Assembly (NCBI GenBank): GCA_965232105.1
Contig: OZ246956.1
Location: forward strand, 386,499-450,498
Length of the DNA: 64,000 bases
From: Thermoanaerobaculia bacterium
GTDB taxonomy: Bacteria; Acidobacteriota; Thermoanaerobaculia; Multivoradales; Multivoraceae
Direction: 5' to 3'
Below, in pieces: positions 42,266 through 52,853 of the stretch. Within the stretch, counting starts at the first letter, position 1. Each line of letters starts with the position of its first letter. Below the pieces are notes generated by a model. It ran no database searches. It was not told the origin of the DNA and saw nothing but the letters and a program-made list of their open reading frames with translations. A program made the translations under genes and the position numbers.

Positions 42266-42706
42266 TCAGGCGTCGACCTCCAGCCCCATCGACCGGGCGG
42301 TGCCGGCGATGATCCTGCATGCGCCATCCAGGTCGACCGCGTTCAGGTCGGGCATCTTCGTTCGGGCGATCTCCTCGACCTGGGCGCGGGTCACCCTGCC
42401 CACCTTGTCCCGGTTGGGCTCGGCCGATCCCTTGTCCAGGGCGGCCGCCTTGAGCAGCAGCACCGCGGCCGGCGGCGTCTTCGTGATGAACGAGTACGTG
42501 CGGTCCGCGTAGACCGTGATCACGACCGGGATGATCAACCCCCCGTCGCCCTGCGTCTTGGCATTGAACGCCTTGCAGAAGTCCATGATGTTCAGGCCGG
42601 CCTGACCCAGGGCAGGGCCGACCGGAGGCGCCGGCGTCGCCCCGCCAGCGGGGATCTGGAGCTTGATCTGCCCCGTTACTCTCTTGCCCGTCGTTCTCTT
42701 TGCCAT
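42266..42706 (-). CDS. rplK: 50S ribosomal protein L11
   Basis: 146 aa with '[23 protein letters not shown]'. Confidence 0.95.
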   Translation of the reverse strand: MAKRTTGKRVTGQIKLQIPAGGATPAPPVGPALGQAGLNIMDFCKAFNAKTQGDGGLIIPVVITVYADRTYSFITKTPPAAVLLLKAAALDKGSAEPNRDKVGRVTRAQVEEIARTKMPDLNAVDLDGACRIIAGTARSMGLEVDA

Positions 42707-42768
42707 CGCTCCCTACCTGCTTTCAACCTCGACCGAACTCGCCGTTCATCCGCTCAGTTCATGCGCCC

Positions 42769-43401
42769 TCAGGTCTTCTGGACCTGAAGGAACTCCAGCT
42801 CGACCGGCGTCTGGCGGCCGAAGATCGTGACCATCACCTTCAACGTGCTCCGATCCAGGTTGATCTCTTCCACGGTGCCGGTGAAGTTGTTGAAGGGTCC
42901 ATCGACGATCTTGACCAGCTCGCCCTTCTCGAACAGGTACTTCGGCTTCGGCTTCTCCTTCGCCGTGACGACCTTCTCGATGATCGCGTCGACCTCGGCC
43001 TGATCGAGCGGCGTCGGTTCCTTGCCGGTGCCGACGAAGCCGGTCACCTTAGGCGTGTTCTTGACCACGTGCCATGCCTGATCCGAGATCTTCAGCCGCC
43101 CGTCGCCGCGCTGCTCGCACTCGATCTCCACCAGGATGTAGCCGGGGAAGAACTTGCGCTGCGTCTCCCGTTTCTTGCCGCCCTTCAGTTCGACGATCGT
43201 CTCGGTCGGGATGCGAACCTCACCAAACGCGTGGCCGAGACCGTGAGCCTCGGCGCGCTGCCGCAGCGTCTCCCGGACGCGTTCCTCGTAACCCGAGTAG
43301 GTATGGACGATGTACCACTGCCGCGGCGGTCCGGAGGATTCCTCACCGCCGTCCGCCGCTACCTCGACGTCATCCATCGCTGCCGTTTCGACCTCGCTCA
43401 T
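42769..43401 (-). CDS. nusG: Transcription termination/antitermination factor NusG (with acidic N-terminal extension)
   Basis: NGN domain 'WYIVHTYSGYEERV' and KOW domain 'FEKGELVKIVDGPF'. Confidence 0.9.
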   Translation of the reverse strand: MSEVETAAMDDVEVAADGGEESSGPPRQWYIVHTYSGYEERVRETLRQRAEAHGLGHAFGEVRIPTETIVELKGGKKRETQRKFFPGYILVEIECEQRGDGRLKISDQAWHVVKNTPKVTGFVGTGKEPTPLDQAEVDAIIEKVVTAKEKPKPKYLFEKGELVKIVDGPFNNFTGTVEEINLDRSTLKVMVTIFGRQTPVELEFLQVQKT

Positions 43402-43435
43402 CAGGTGCTCCCCGCTCTCGCTCCGATCTCCGGAC

Positions 43436-43636
43436 TCACTCGAAGATGCCGTTGAGGCCGTTGTAGAGACGCAGGATCACGACGTCGGCAATCCACAGGA
43501 AGATGGCGAAGATGACGCTCGTGATCAGCACGACGATCGTCGTACCCACGACCTCCTCCCGCGAGGGGAACGTGACCTTCTTCATCTCGGTGCGCACCTC
43601 TCCCAGGAACGCTCCAAGCCTGCCGATTGCCGCCAT
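43436..43636 (-). CDS. secE: Preprotein translocase subunit SecE
   Basis: 66 aa with a single C-terminal TM helix, '...FLGEVRTEMKKVTFPSREEVVGTTIVV...'. Confidence 0.85.
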   Translation of the reverse strand: MAAIGRLGAFLGEVRTEMKKVTFPSREEVVGTTIVVLITSVIFAIFLWIADVVILRLYNGLNGIFE

Positions 43637-43773
43637 ATCTCACCCTGCCCCTTCCGGTCTCCGTCAAACTCGCCCTATCTCCGCGAAACCCGTTCTCCAT
43701 CCCAGTCCGCAGCGTTCTTCGCGCTATCTCGATTTCTGCAACGCGTCCCCGGAATCGCCCCAAGAACGTCTGG

Positions 43774-43846
43774 CAGGCCAGGAGGGTCTCGAACCCCCAA
43801 CCTTCGGTTTTGGAGACCGATGCTCTACCAATTGAGCTACTGGCCT
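43774..43846 (-). tRNA. tRNA-Trp (anticodon CCA)
   Basis: Hand-folded cloverleaf: acceptor AGGCCAG/CTGGCCT, D-stem GCTC/GAGC, anticodon stem TCGGT/ACCGA with loop CTCCAAA, T-arm GGGGG-TTCGAGA-CCCTC. In the classic secE-upstream position. Confidence 0.9.
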
Positions 43847-43897
43847 GAGTCCTCAAGTCCAGTCACGAATCCAACTTCAACTCGTCCTACTCGACTT

Positions 43898-45091
<1,194 letters not shown>

Positions 45092-45174
45092 GACGCTCGT
45101 TGCCTCTCCCGCTCTCGCGGCTCAACTATCCGTGTACTCGTAATCGTGTACTTGCTGCTTTGATGCCCGTCTGG

Positions 45175-45246
45175 AGCCCACGACCGGATTTGAACCGGTG
45201 ACCCCTTCCTTACCAAGGAAGTGCTCTACCCCTGAGCCACGTGGGC
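45175..45246 (-). tRNA. tRNA-Thr (anticodon GGT), CCA encoded at 45172..45174
   Basis: Hand-folded: 5' GCCCACG...CGTGGGC acceptor, anticodon stem/loop CTTCC-TTGGTAA-GGAAG, T-loop GGTTCAAATCC. In the classic position upstream of tufB. Confidence 0.9.
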
Positions 45247-45493
45247 AGCCGTCTCAGGATTCCCCATCTTCAAGTCTCTGAACCGTGTGGCGGGACACCC
45301 AAAATCTCCCCTCCCGAACTTCCCGGAATCTCCCAGAAGGCACCCCTCGACACGCAATGGGACTCCGCCCCACGGAGTCAAACTCCGCGGTGCATGGCGG
45401 GGAAGGGGCGGAGTCTAGCCGCTTCTACCGCGGCCGTAAACCCCCCCGGCAACATCCGTGCACGTTGCCGATCGGGGCTCAGACCCAGGGACG

Positions 45494-46150
45494 CTACGAC
45501 GCCTGGTGGCGTACAACTTCGCCGTCGACGAGGAAGACGACATCCTCCGCGATGTTCGTCGCCAGGTCCGCCATCCGCTCGAGATAGCGGGAGATCGACA
45601 GGAACTGGATGCTGACGCCGACCGACGCCTGCTCCTTCTCGATCATCCTCCGAACCACGCCGTACATCGCCTCGTGGCTGCGGTCGACGACCTCGTCCTC
45701 CGCGATGACCGAACGGGCGAGTTCCGTGTCGCCACCCACCACCGCATCGAGAGCCGCTCGGAGCATCTTCGGGATGCGCTCGGCCATGATCCAGATCTCT
45801 TCCGGGACATCGACCGGCTCAGCTACCGCGAGACTCTCCGCGCGCTCGGCGAGGTTGCGGGCCAGATCGCCGGCCCGTTCGAGATCGTTGTTCACCTTCA
45901 GGTAGGTCACGACCATCCGGAGGTCCGAGGCAACCGGCGAGTGCAGGGACAGGATCTTGAGGCACTCCTCTTCGACCTCGATCTCGCGGGCGTCGATCAC
46001 ACGATCCTGGCGCTGGACCTCGTGGGCCAGGTCGACGCTCCGCTCCCGAAGCGCCTTGAGCGACCTGGCGATCATCTCCTCGACCATCGCCGCTACTTCC
46101 AGTAGCGACCGCGTCACCTGGTCAAGGTCTCGTTGTAGATGAATCCTCAA
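45494..46150 (-). CDS. phoU: Phosphate signalling complex protein PhoU
   Basis: Two PhoU repeats ('...LERAGDLARNLAE...', '...LERMADLATNIAEDVVF'). TTG start at 46150 with AGGA upstream; the longer track ORF adds a low-complexity 5' extension. Confidence 0.8.
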   Translation of the reverse strand: MRIHLQRDLDQVTRSLLEVAAMVEEMIARSLKALRERSVDLAHEVQRQDRVIDAREIEVEEECLKILSLHSPVASDLRMVVTYLKVNNDLERAGDLARNLAERAESLAVAEPVDVPEEIWIMAERIPKMLRAALDAVVGGDTELARSVIAEDEVVDRSHEAMYGVVRRMIEKEQASVGVSIQFLSISRYLERMADLATNIAEDVVFLVDGEVVRHQAS

Positions 46151-46229
46151 GTCGCCAATCCTAGTCGGCCCGGGAACCGGAACCCCGGCGAATGTCGCGC
46201 AGCCATGTGAAGAGCGCGTGAAGCCCGCA

Positions 46230-47609
46230 TCAGCCGGCGGAGGGCAACCAGAAACGGAATGTCGAGCCCCGTCCCCGTTCGCTTTCCACCTCGACTCCGC
46301 CACCGTGCCGTCTGGCGACGTTCTTGACGATCGCCAGGCCGAGGCCGGTGCCGCCGAGCTCCCTGGAGCGGGCCCGGTCGACACGGTAGAAGCGTTCGAA
46401 GATCCGATCCAGGTGTTCGCCGGCGATGCCCGGCCCCTCGTCTTCGACCTCGAGCACCGCCCGTCCGTTCTCGGTCTGCAGGCGAACGAACACGCGACCG
46501 CCTGACGACGAGTACTTGACCGCGTTGTCGACCAGGTTCGACAGCGCCTGCCGGATCGCTTCCTCTTCGCCCAGGACCTCGACCGCTGCCTGCGGGAACT
46601 CGGCGACCAGTTCGAGACCGCGCTCCTCGCCCGCCGGACCGAGCAGATTCAACACTTCGCCGGCCGGCGACCGCAGATCGAGGATCGTCTCCGGCGGCTC
46701 GGCCGCGGACTCGATCCGCGACAGGGTGAGCAGATCGGAAACCAGCGCGCCCAGACGGTTGCTCTGCCGGCGGATCTTGCGCAGGAAGCGGCCACGCGTC
46801 GGACCGTCGATCGGATCGGCCTCCAACAGGGTCTCCACGTAGCCGTGAATCGCGGTAAGCGGCGTCTTCAGCTCGTGCGAGACATTCGACACGAAGTCCC
46901 GCCGCACGCTCTCCAGCCGCTCCAACTCCGTGATGTCGTGGATCACGGCCACCGCCCCGTCGACCGCTTCGTCATCCCGGCGAGACGAGAGCAGGGGCGA
47001 CGCGTTCAGTTCGAACCTGTTCGGGCCGTCGACCTGGCCGGCAAAGCGCGCCAGGGTGAACGTGCGACTCACCTGCCTCCGCTTCTCCATCGCCTCGATC
47101 AGAGCGCCCGAGATCTCCGGCTGGCGCGACAGTTCGTAGATCGGACGTCCGACGGCCGACTCCGGCACCGGGTGTCTGAACCACTTCGCGGCCACCGCGT
47201 TCAGGTGCAGGACGTGCCGGTCGAGGTCGATCGCCACCACACCCTCGACCATGCCGCCCAACACAGCCGTCAACTGATTCCGCTCCACCCTGAGCTGTTC
47301 GACCTGTTCCACGAAACGCGCTTCGTTCTCCTCGAGACAAGCCTCGAGACGGGCGAACTCGTCACCGCGACCGTCCTGCCGAGGCGGCGCGGGGGAGCCC
47401 AGCGCCGCGGCTCTTGCCAGCAGACTTCGCGCCCGCCCCGCCAACCGGCCGGCGGCGAGACCGGCACCGGCAGCGGCCAGAAGCGCCACCGCCCCGACGA
47501 GGACCGCGCCCATCCGGCCTGAGGCAACCGCGCCGCCAAGCAACAGACCCGAAGCCAGCAGCGCGACCCCGCCCAGGAAGAGACGCCAGAAGAGAGGTGA
47601 GCCAATCAT
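46230..47609 (-). CDS. phoR: Sensor histidine kinase, PhoR-like (TM, PAS, HisKA, HATPase_c)
   Basis: H-box 'SHELKTPLTAIHGY', N/G-boxes 'DNAVKY', 'GGTGLGLAIVK'. Sits between phoB and phoU. Confidence 0.7.
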   Translation of the reverse strand: MIGSPLFWRLFLGGVALLASGLLLGGAVASGRMGAVLVGAVALLAAAGAGLAAGRLAGRARSLLARAAALGSPAPPRQDGRGDEFARLEACLEENEARFVEQVEQLRVERNQLTAVLGGMVEGVVAIDLDRHVLHLNAVAAKWFRHPVPESAVGRPIYELSRQPEISGALIEAMEKRRQVSRTFTLARFAGQVDGPNRFELNASPLLSSRRDDEAVDGAVAVIHDITELERLESVRRDFVSNVSHELKTPLTAIHGYVETLLEADPIDGPTRGRFLRKIRRQSNRLGALVSDLLTLSRIESAAEPPETILDLRSPAGEVLNLLGPAGEERGLELVAEFPQAAVEVLGEEEAIRQALSNLVDNAVKYSSSGGRVFVRLQTENGRAVLEVEDEGPGIAGEHLDRIFERFYRVDRARSRELGGTGLGLAIVKNVARRHGGGVEVESERGRGSTFRFWLPSAG

Positions 47610-47656
47610 GGGAACCCCCGGACGGCCGGGAACCGGCCGAGCCGCGTATCCAAAAC

Positions 47657-48361
47657 CTACACGTCCCGGCCCTCGTCGTCGCGGAAGCTGTAGCCAATGC
47701 CGCGCACCGTTTCGATCAGGTCGCGGTGCGATTCGAGTTTCTTGCGCACGGCGCGGACATGAACGTCGATGTTCCGGTCGATGACTATTGCCCGGTCGCC
47801 GATCGCCCGATCCAGAAGCTGGCCACGGGTGAAGACGCGGCCCGGATGCGAAGCCAGGAAGTGCAGGAGGCGGAACTCGGTGGGCGTGAACTCCAGCCGA
47901 CGGCCGTCGACCGCGACCCGGTGCTTGACCGGATCGATCATGAGCGGCCCACGAACGACTCTCCGATCCGGATCGCCATCGCGGATCGAACCCCGCCGCA
48001 GGACCGCCCGGACACGGGCGATCAGTTCGCGAGGGCTGAAGGGCTTGTGGATGTAGTCGTCGGCGCCGACGCCGAGACCGAGAACCACGTCGCTCTCCTC
48101 ACCACGGGCGGTCACCATGATCACCGGCAGGTCGCGCGTCGATTCCAGAGCGCGAAGGCGCCGGCAGACATCCAGTCCATCCAGGCCGGGCAGCAACAGG
48201 TCGAGCAGCACGAGGTCCGGCCTTTCGCGCCCGATCACGGCAAGACCGGCTCGGCCGCTGGTGGCCGTCACGACCTCGAAGCCCTCCCGCCGGAGGTTGT
48301 ACTCGATCAGCTCGAGGATGTCGGGTTCGTCCTCGATGACGACGACCTTCGTGGCGCTCAT
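47657..48361 (-). CDS. phoB: OmpR/PhoB-family response regulator, PhoB-like
   Basis: Receiver domain 'VVVIEDEPDILELIEYNL...DLVLLDLLLPGLDG' plus a winged-helix 'trans_reg_C' C-terminus. ATG at 48361. Confidence 0.75.
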   Translation of the reverse strand: MSATKVVVIEDEPDILELIEYNLRREGFEVVTATSGRAGLAVIGRERPDLVLLDLLLPGLDGLDVCRRLRALESTRDLPVIMVTARGEESDVVLGLGVGADDYIHKPFSPRELIARVRAVLRRGSIRDGDPDRRVVRGPLMIDPVKHRVAVDGRRLEFTPTEFRLLHFLASHPGRVFTRGQLLDRAIGDRAIVIDRNIDVHVRAVRKKLESHRDLIETVRGIGYSFRDDEGRDV

Positions 48362-48431
48362 TAGACGTCCGGAACCTCCAACACGGTGGACCCAGCCCAA
48401 GGCTAGCGCGGCAGGAGCCCCCGAAAGCCGG

Positions 48432-48473
48432 CGCTTCGCGCCAGATGCCGGCCAGAAGGCCGGCGCACCCAGT
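48432..48473 (+). repeat. REP-like structured repeat, copy 2 (phoB/porin divergent region)
   Basis: 'GGCGC-TTC-GCGCC agat GCCGGCC-AGAA-GGCCGGC-GCACCCAGT'. Confidence 0.6.
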
Positions 48474-48548
48474 TCCTGCCGCGCAAGAGCTAGCCAGACT
48501 TTCGTGAACGGGCGATAAAGCCGAACCCCGAACGCGGCCTGAAATCGG

Positions 48549-48600
48549 CTTCTCGAACCCCCGCTATCTTCGAGATCTTCACCGTCCCTTCACGCCTTCC
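48549..48600 (+). promoter_or_regulatory. Candidate Pho box array: CTTC(A/G/T)(C/A) heptad repeats phased at 11 bp, upstream of the OprP-like porin
   Basis: CTTCTC 48549, CTTCGA 48568, CTTCAC 48577, CTTCAC 48588 (exactly 11 bp apart), CTTCCT 48596. They lie 80-130 nt upstream of the porin ATG. Confidence 0.45.
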
Positions 48601-48680
48601 TACGAACGTAACGGCGCGAGCCGCCGCCGGGCCGGCTGCTCCCGGCTAGACCACCGAGACCCATAGCGACCCAGCGAGGA

Positions 48681-49841
48681 GTGCGAATGTCCCGTTCCCC
48701 GGCTCTTGCCGCGCTGTTTCTGGTCAGCGCGGCCACGACGACACAGGCCGAAGAGGGTGTCTTCGACATCTCGGTCGGCGGGCGAGTCCACGTCGAGGCC
48801 AGCGCCTCGTCTTCCGATCCGGTTCTTGAAGAACGATTCGACTTCGAGGACGGCGTCGACTGGCGACGCTCCCGCCTGGTGCTGAACGGCGAGTTTCTCG
48901 ACCGGTTCACGTTCAAGATCGAGCACGACATCGCGAGCGGCGACATCGTGCCCACGGATGTCTTCGTCGAGGCAACACCGAACGACGGCGCGGCCACCTT
49001 CCGCGCCGGGCACTTCAAGGAGCCCTTCAGCCTTTCGATCCAGCAATCCTCGAACTACCACGCCTTCGTCGCTCGCCCTGCGGCGGTCACCGCCCTGGCA
49101 CCGGGCCGCAACCTCGGCTTCATGGTTCACGACCGGCTTCCCGGCGACCGCGTCGCCTGGTCCGTCGGCGCCTTCCGCGACAGCGACGGCTACGACATGC
49201 GGCCCGGTTCGGACTGGAGTCTGACCGGCCGCCTCACCGGTCTCGCCCGGGACGGAGACGAAGGAAGCGATCCGCTGCTCCACCTCGGTGTGGCCGTCTC
49301 GCACCGCCAGCCCACCGCCGACGCGGTCCGTCTGCGCGGCCGCACCGGCGTCCGGCTGGCGCCTCGCCAGGTCGACACCGGGTGGCTGCCGGCCGACGGC
49401 ATGCGCCTGCTGGGCGTCGAGTTTCTGTTCGCGCGGAGTTCCTTCTGGCTGCAGGGCGAGCTGCTGTCGGCCCAGGTCGACCTCCTGCCGGCTGGTTCCC
49501 CGGAGGGCCGGAGCGCCCGTTTCGACGCCCAGTACGTCGAAGCGGGCTGGTTCCTCACCGGCGAGAGGAAGCCCTACAGTCGCAGTGGCCGCTCGTTCAC
49601 CCGGCTGAGGCCGACAACTCCCGTCCCCGAAGGCAGGGGCGCGTGGGAACTCGCCGCGCGCTGGGACCACGTCGATCTCAGCGGCGGTTCCGTTCCCGGC
49701 GGCAGCCAGCAGAGTCTCTCCCTGGCCCTCAACTGGTACCTCCGCAGCAACCTTCGAATGCTGGCGAACTACGTTTCGACCGACCCGGAAGGAGCCGGAT
49801 CGGTCGAGCATTTCGGCTTGTTGCTGCACTTCGACTTCTAA
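48681..49841 (+). CDS. Phosphate-selective porin O/P family outer-membrane porin
   Basis: 386 aa with signal peptide 'MRMSRSPALAALFLVSAATTTQA', a beta-barrel pattern and C-terminal '...HFGLLLHFDF'. Matches the OprO/OprP family and lies divergent to phoBRU. AGGAG RBS. Confidence 0.75.
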   Translation: MRMSRSPALAALFLVSAATTTQAEEGVFDISVGGRVHVEASASSSDPVLEERFDFEDGVDWRRSRLVLNGEFLDRFTFKIEHDIASGDIVPTDVFVEATPNDGAATFRAGHFKEPFSLSIQQSSNYHAFVARPAAVTALAPGRNLGFMVHDRLPGDRVAWSVGAFRDSDGYDMRPGSDWSLTGRLTGLARDGDEGSDPLLHLGVAVSHRQPTADAVRLRGRTGVRLAPRQVDTGWLPADGMRLLGVEFLFARSSFWLQGELLSAQVDLLPAGSPEGRSARFDAQYVEAGWFLTGERKPYSRSGRSFTRLRPTTPVPEGRGAWELAARWDHVDLSGGSVPGGSQQSLSLALNWYLRSNLRMLANYVSTDPEGAGSVEHFGLLLHFDF

Positions 49842-49859
49842 GACGCCGCACCGCCAGCA

Positions 49860-49887
49860 GTCAGGGCAGCGCGTGCGCTGCGCTGAC
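49860..49887 (+). terminator. GC hairpin 19 nt after porin stop (12-bp stem, 1 mismatch, CGTG loop; no U-tract)
   Basis: GTCAGGGCAGCG-CGTG-CGCTGCGCTGAC. Confidence 0.35.
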
Positions 49888-49907
49888 TCGCAGGGAACTG
49901 GCCGCCC

Positions 49908-49955
49908 ACTGGGTGCGCCGGCGTCCCCGCCGGCTGCTGCCGAAGGCAGCCGGAG
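49908..49955 (-). repeat. REP-like structured repeat, copy 4 (reverse orientation; convergent porin/TonB-receptor junction)
   Basis: Plus strand reads 'ACTGGGTGC-GCCGGCG-TCCC-CGCCGGC tgctg CTGCC-GAA-GGCAG'. This is the reverse complement of the family core, matching copy 3's stem variant GCCGGCG/CGCCGGC. Confidence 0.6.
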
Positions 49956-50007
49956 AGACGCGCCGGCCGCCAGGCCGGCTCCGCTTTGGCGGCCATTTCC
50001 ATACAAG

Positions 50008-52812
50008 CTAGAACGAGTACCCCAATCCGACGCTGATCGCCCTGCCCGGATCGTAGAGGCGGAACGTCTCTCCGCCCTGGCTCCAGTTGCGCTCTTCGTC
50101 CAGGGCGTTCACGACGGCCAGCTTGAGGTCCAGGCCGCCGACGATGCCCTGGCGCCACACGAGGTCCACGCTGCTCCGCGCCTCCTCGATCACGTCGGGC
50201 AGCCCGAACACGCCGCCCAGGTGGATCTTGTCGTCCACCATGCTGTAGAGGACGCGAAGCGTGGTGTCGTAGCTGTCCGGCGCCCACTCGAGCCCGAGAT
50301 TGACCAGGTTCTCGGGCTGACCGGTCAACGGCCGGACGGGATTCGTCAGCACCGTGGTGCCCGCGTCGATCCGGATCTCGGAGTCGATGAACGTGTAGTT
50401 GAAGATGGCCGTCCAGTCCTCGGCGGCAGAACCGACGAAGCCGAGGTTGCGGCGGAACTCGAGCTCCAGGCCCAGGTTGCGGGCGCCCTCCGCGTTGCGA
50501 AAGGTCTCCGTCGGCTCGACGGCCGAGATGACGACGCTCTCGATCGGGTCCGTGAAGTTCTTGTAGAAGACGCTCGTCGCAACCACGTCGCCCGCCGACG
50601 GGAACCACTCCCAGCGGGCGTCGAAGCTGTCGATCAGGGCGCGCTCGACATCGGGGTTGCCCACCACCACAAAACCGCCGACGATGTGCTTGAAGCGGAA
50701 CGGCGCGATCTCACGGAACTCCGGTCGGTTGACTGTCCGCGAGACGCTGAAACGCAGGTTCTGCGTGGCGCCGAGGCTTCGGATGACACTCAGTGAACCG
50801 GCGATGTCGCCATGGGACTTGTTCGTCACCGTCTCGGCGCCGCCGAGGGCGGTCCGGTCGATCGTGCGGACGTTCTGGTCCGACTCCTCCAGCCGGAGAC
50901 CGCCGACGATCCTCCAGTCCTGCCAGCCGTAGTCGACCTGCGCGTAGGCCGCGTCGACGCCCCAGTCGGCACCGTAGCTGTCCGTCGCGTTCGTCACTTC
51001 GGTCAACTGGAAGCCGAAGAAGTCGATGTTCGCTGGCGAGTAGATCTGCTCCGGCGTGCCAGTGAGATCGATGCCCTCCGTGTTCCTGGGGAACATGCGG
51101 AGCCGCCGGCCGCCGAAGGCCCGGTCGTTGGTCCAACGGCGCACGCCGACCTTGAAACTGCCGAAGCGGTCGCCGCGGGCGAAGAACGTCTCCCAATCGG
51201 CGCGGTAGTCGTCGATCTCGTCCTCGAGGTCGTTGAAGTACATGAAGCCGCTTTGCCCGTTGTTCGTCAGGCGGAAGCCGTCTTCGAACAGTTCGTAGAT
51301 CGTCTGGCGCAGATCCTCGTGCGTTCGGGCCGTCGAGGACGAGCCGCGCCAGCTCAGCGTGCTGCCGTTCGAGCCGACGCCCGAGACGTAGTGGTTGCCG
51401 CCGATCTGCAGGTTGGACACCTTCTGGTCCTCATGCTGGAGCCGGTGATCCTCGATGTCGTTGTTGATGTCCGAGAAGAACCCCTCCTGGAAGCGCGCCT
51501 CGGACATGCTGAGGTTCGTCTGCAGCGACCGGATCTCGATCTGGCCGCCATCGCCCGCCCGAATCGAGAAGTTGCCCATCCAGGAACTCTTCACCTGCTC
51601 CACGCCGTAGTCGAAGTCGTACGCGTGCAGCGGCACGATCGCGCCGCCCTGGCCGACCGAGTAGAACGTTCGCTGCTCGGCACGCGACTCGAAACTGTTG
51701 TCCCAGTTTCCGGCCAGCATGACCCCGAAGCCGCCGAAGGTGTTGCCGTAGGCGATCTTCCCGCCGCGGCCGAGCGGGGCGTCGTCGCTGCCGGTCGGAG
51801 TCCAGCGGCCGGCGATCCGCTCGCCCATCCGTTCGAGATCGGCGCTGCCGAAGCCGATGCCCCGGAAACGGCTCTGGCGCACGACCGCCCGATCCGGGAA
51901 GTCGGCTGGCAGCGGCTGGCCGCCGGCGCCGGAGGAACTGAGGCCGATCGGGTCCTGGAGAAGCGGGTCGCCCGTGGTCTCCGAGTTGTGACCGCTCGAG
52001 AGGCCGACGGAGAGCACCTGGCGCGCCGGGAAGCTCCGGGTCACGAGTTCAATCGCCCCGGCAGCGAAGTCGCCCGGCTGTTCCGGCGAGTACGACTTCC
52101 TGACCGTGATGTTGTCCAGCAGTTCGGCGTCGAACAGGTCGAGCGGCACGACCTTGCGCTCGAACTCCGTCGAGGGGATGCGCGAGCCGTCCAGGGTCGT
52201 GTTGCCGTAGCGGTCGCCGAGACCGCGGACATAGGCGAACTTGCTGTCCTGAAGCGAGATGCCGGTCACCCGGCGCAGGGCGTCGGCGGCGTCGGAACCA
52301 CTGTTCTTCGAGATCTCCTCCGAGCCGATGTTGTCGATGATCTCGGCCGACGCCTTGCGTTCGGCCAGAAGAGCCGAGGCCGAAGCATCGACCGCCGTCG
52401 CCTCGACCGTGATCGTGTCCGCCAGCGCCACTTCCTGGCCGGCACCCTGGCCGGCCGGCATGAGCACCGCGCTGAACTGCGCCAGACCGTCCGCCTCGAC
52501 CACCACATCGAGGATGCGCTGGGATTCGTAGCCCTCCGCCGACACGACGACCGAATGCGTGCCGGCCGGCAACGCCAGTTGGAACGCGCCGTCGACCGAC
52601 GTCGTTGCGGACGCCAAGCCGCCCTCGACCGTAACCGTGGCGCCGCGCACCGGCGTGCCGCTGCGGCCATCGAGGATCATGCCGGTGGCGGAGCCGTCCT
52701 CGGCGACCGCCGCGCCGGCGGCAAGGAAACAGACCGCGAGTATCGCGACCGCAACGTGGTGGAGCCGTCGCGTGGTGGTTCCCACGTCCCCGCGGGTGCC
52801 TGTGTTGTGCAT
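50008..52812 (-). CDS. TonB-dependent outer-membrane receptor, Oar-like (N-terminal carboxypeptidase-regulatory-like domain, then plug and barrel)
   Basis: Signal peptide 'MHNTGTRGDVGTTTRRLHHVAVAILAVCFLAAGAAVA'. CarbopepD_reg-like segment '...GMILDGRSGTPVRGATVTVEGG...HSVVVSAEGYES'. C-terminal '...ISVGLGYSF' aromatic terminus. Start is ATG 52812; ATG 52848 is an alternative. Confidence 0.8.
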   Translation of the reverse strand: MHNTGTRGDVGTTTRRLHHVAVAILAVCFLAAGAAVAEDGSATGMILDGRSGTPVRGATVTVEGGLASATTSVDGAFQLALPAGTHSVVVSAEGYESQRILDVVVEADGLAQFSAVLMPAGQGAGQEVALADTITVEATAVDASASALLAERKASAEIIDNIGSEEISKNSGSDAADALRRVTGISLQDSKFAYVRGLGDRYGNTTLDGSRIPSTEFERKVVPLDLFDAELLDNITVRKSYSPEQPGDFAAGAIELVTRSFPARQVLSVGLSSGHNSETTGDPLLQDPIGLSSSGAGGQPLPADFPDRAVVRQSRFRGIGFGSADLERMGERIAGRWTPTGSDDAPLGRGGKIAYGNTFGGFGVMLAGNWDNSFESRAEQRTFYSVGQGGAIVPLHAYDFDYGVEQVKSSWMGNFSIRAGDGGQIEIRSLQTNLSMSEARFQEGFFSDINNDIEDHRLQHEDQKVSNLQIGGNHYVSGVGSNGSTLSWRGSSSTARTHEDLRQTIYELFEDGFRLTNNGQSGFMYFNDLEDEIDDYRADWETFFARGDRFGSFKVGVRRWTNDRAFGGRRLRMFPRNTEGIDLTGTPEQIYSPANIDFFGFQLTEVTNATDSYGADWGVDAAYAQVDYGWQDWRIVGGLRLEESDQNVRTIDRTALGGAETVTNKSHGDIAGSLSVIRSLGATQNLRFSVSRTVNRPEFREIAPFRFKHIVGGFVVVGNPDVERALIDSFDARWEWFPSAGDVVATSVFYKNFTDPIESVVISAVEPTETFRNAEGARNLGLELEFRRNLGFVGSAAEDWTAIFNYTFIDSEIRIDAGTTVLTNPVRPLTGQPENLVNLGLEWAPDSYDTTLRVLYSMVDDKIHLGGVFGLPDVIEEARSSVDLVWRQGIVGGLDLKLAVVNALDEERNWSQGGETFRLYDPGRAISVGLGYSF

Positions 52813-52853
52813 GGTGAAACCTGCTCCTGTGTGCTCTGTGAAGTTCATTGCCC

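Noticed and set aside
45247-45493. Additional tRNA genes (Tyr/Gly) upstream of tRNA-Thr, as in the E. coli thrU-tyrU-glyT-thrT-tufB cluster
   Set aside because: The inverted repeats there do not fold into a cloverleaf: there is no D-arm/T-arm GTTCRAnYC signature and no 7/5/5-bp stem geometry. They are treated as a regulatory structure instead.
48600-50006. 468-aa minus-strand ORF covering the porin locus
   Set aside because: The plus-strand gene has a signal peptide, an AGGAG RBS, the porin family match and an aromatic C-terminus. The minus frame has no features, and contains REP copy 4 plus the terminator hairpin.
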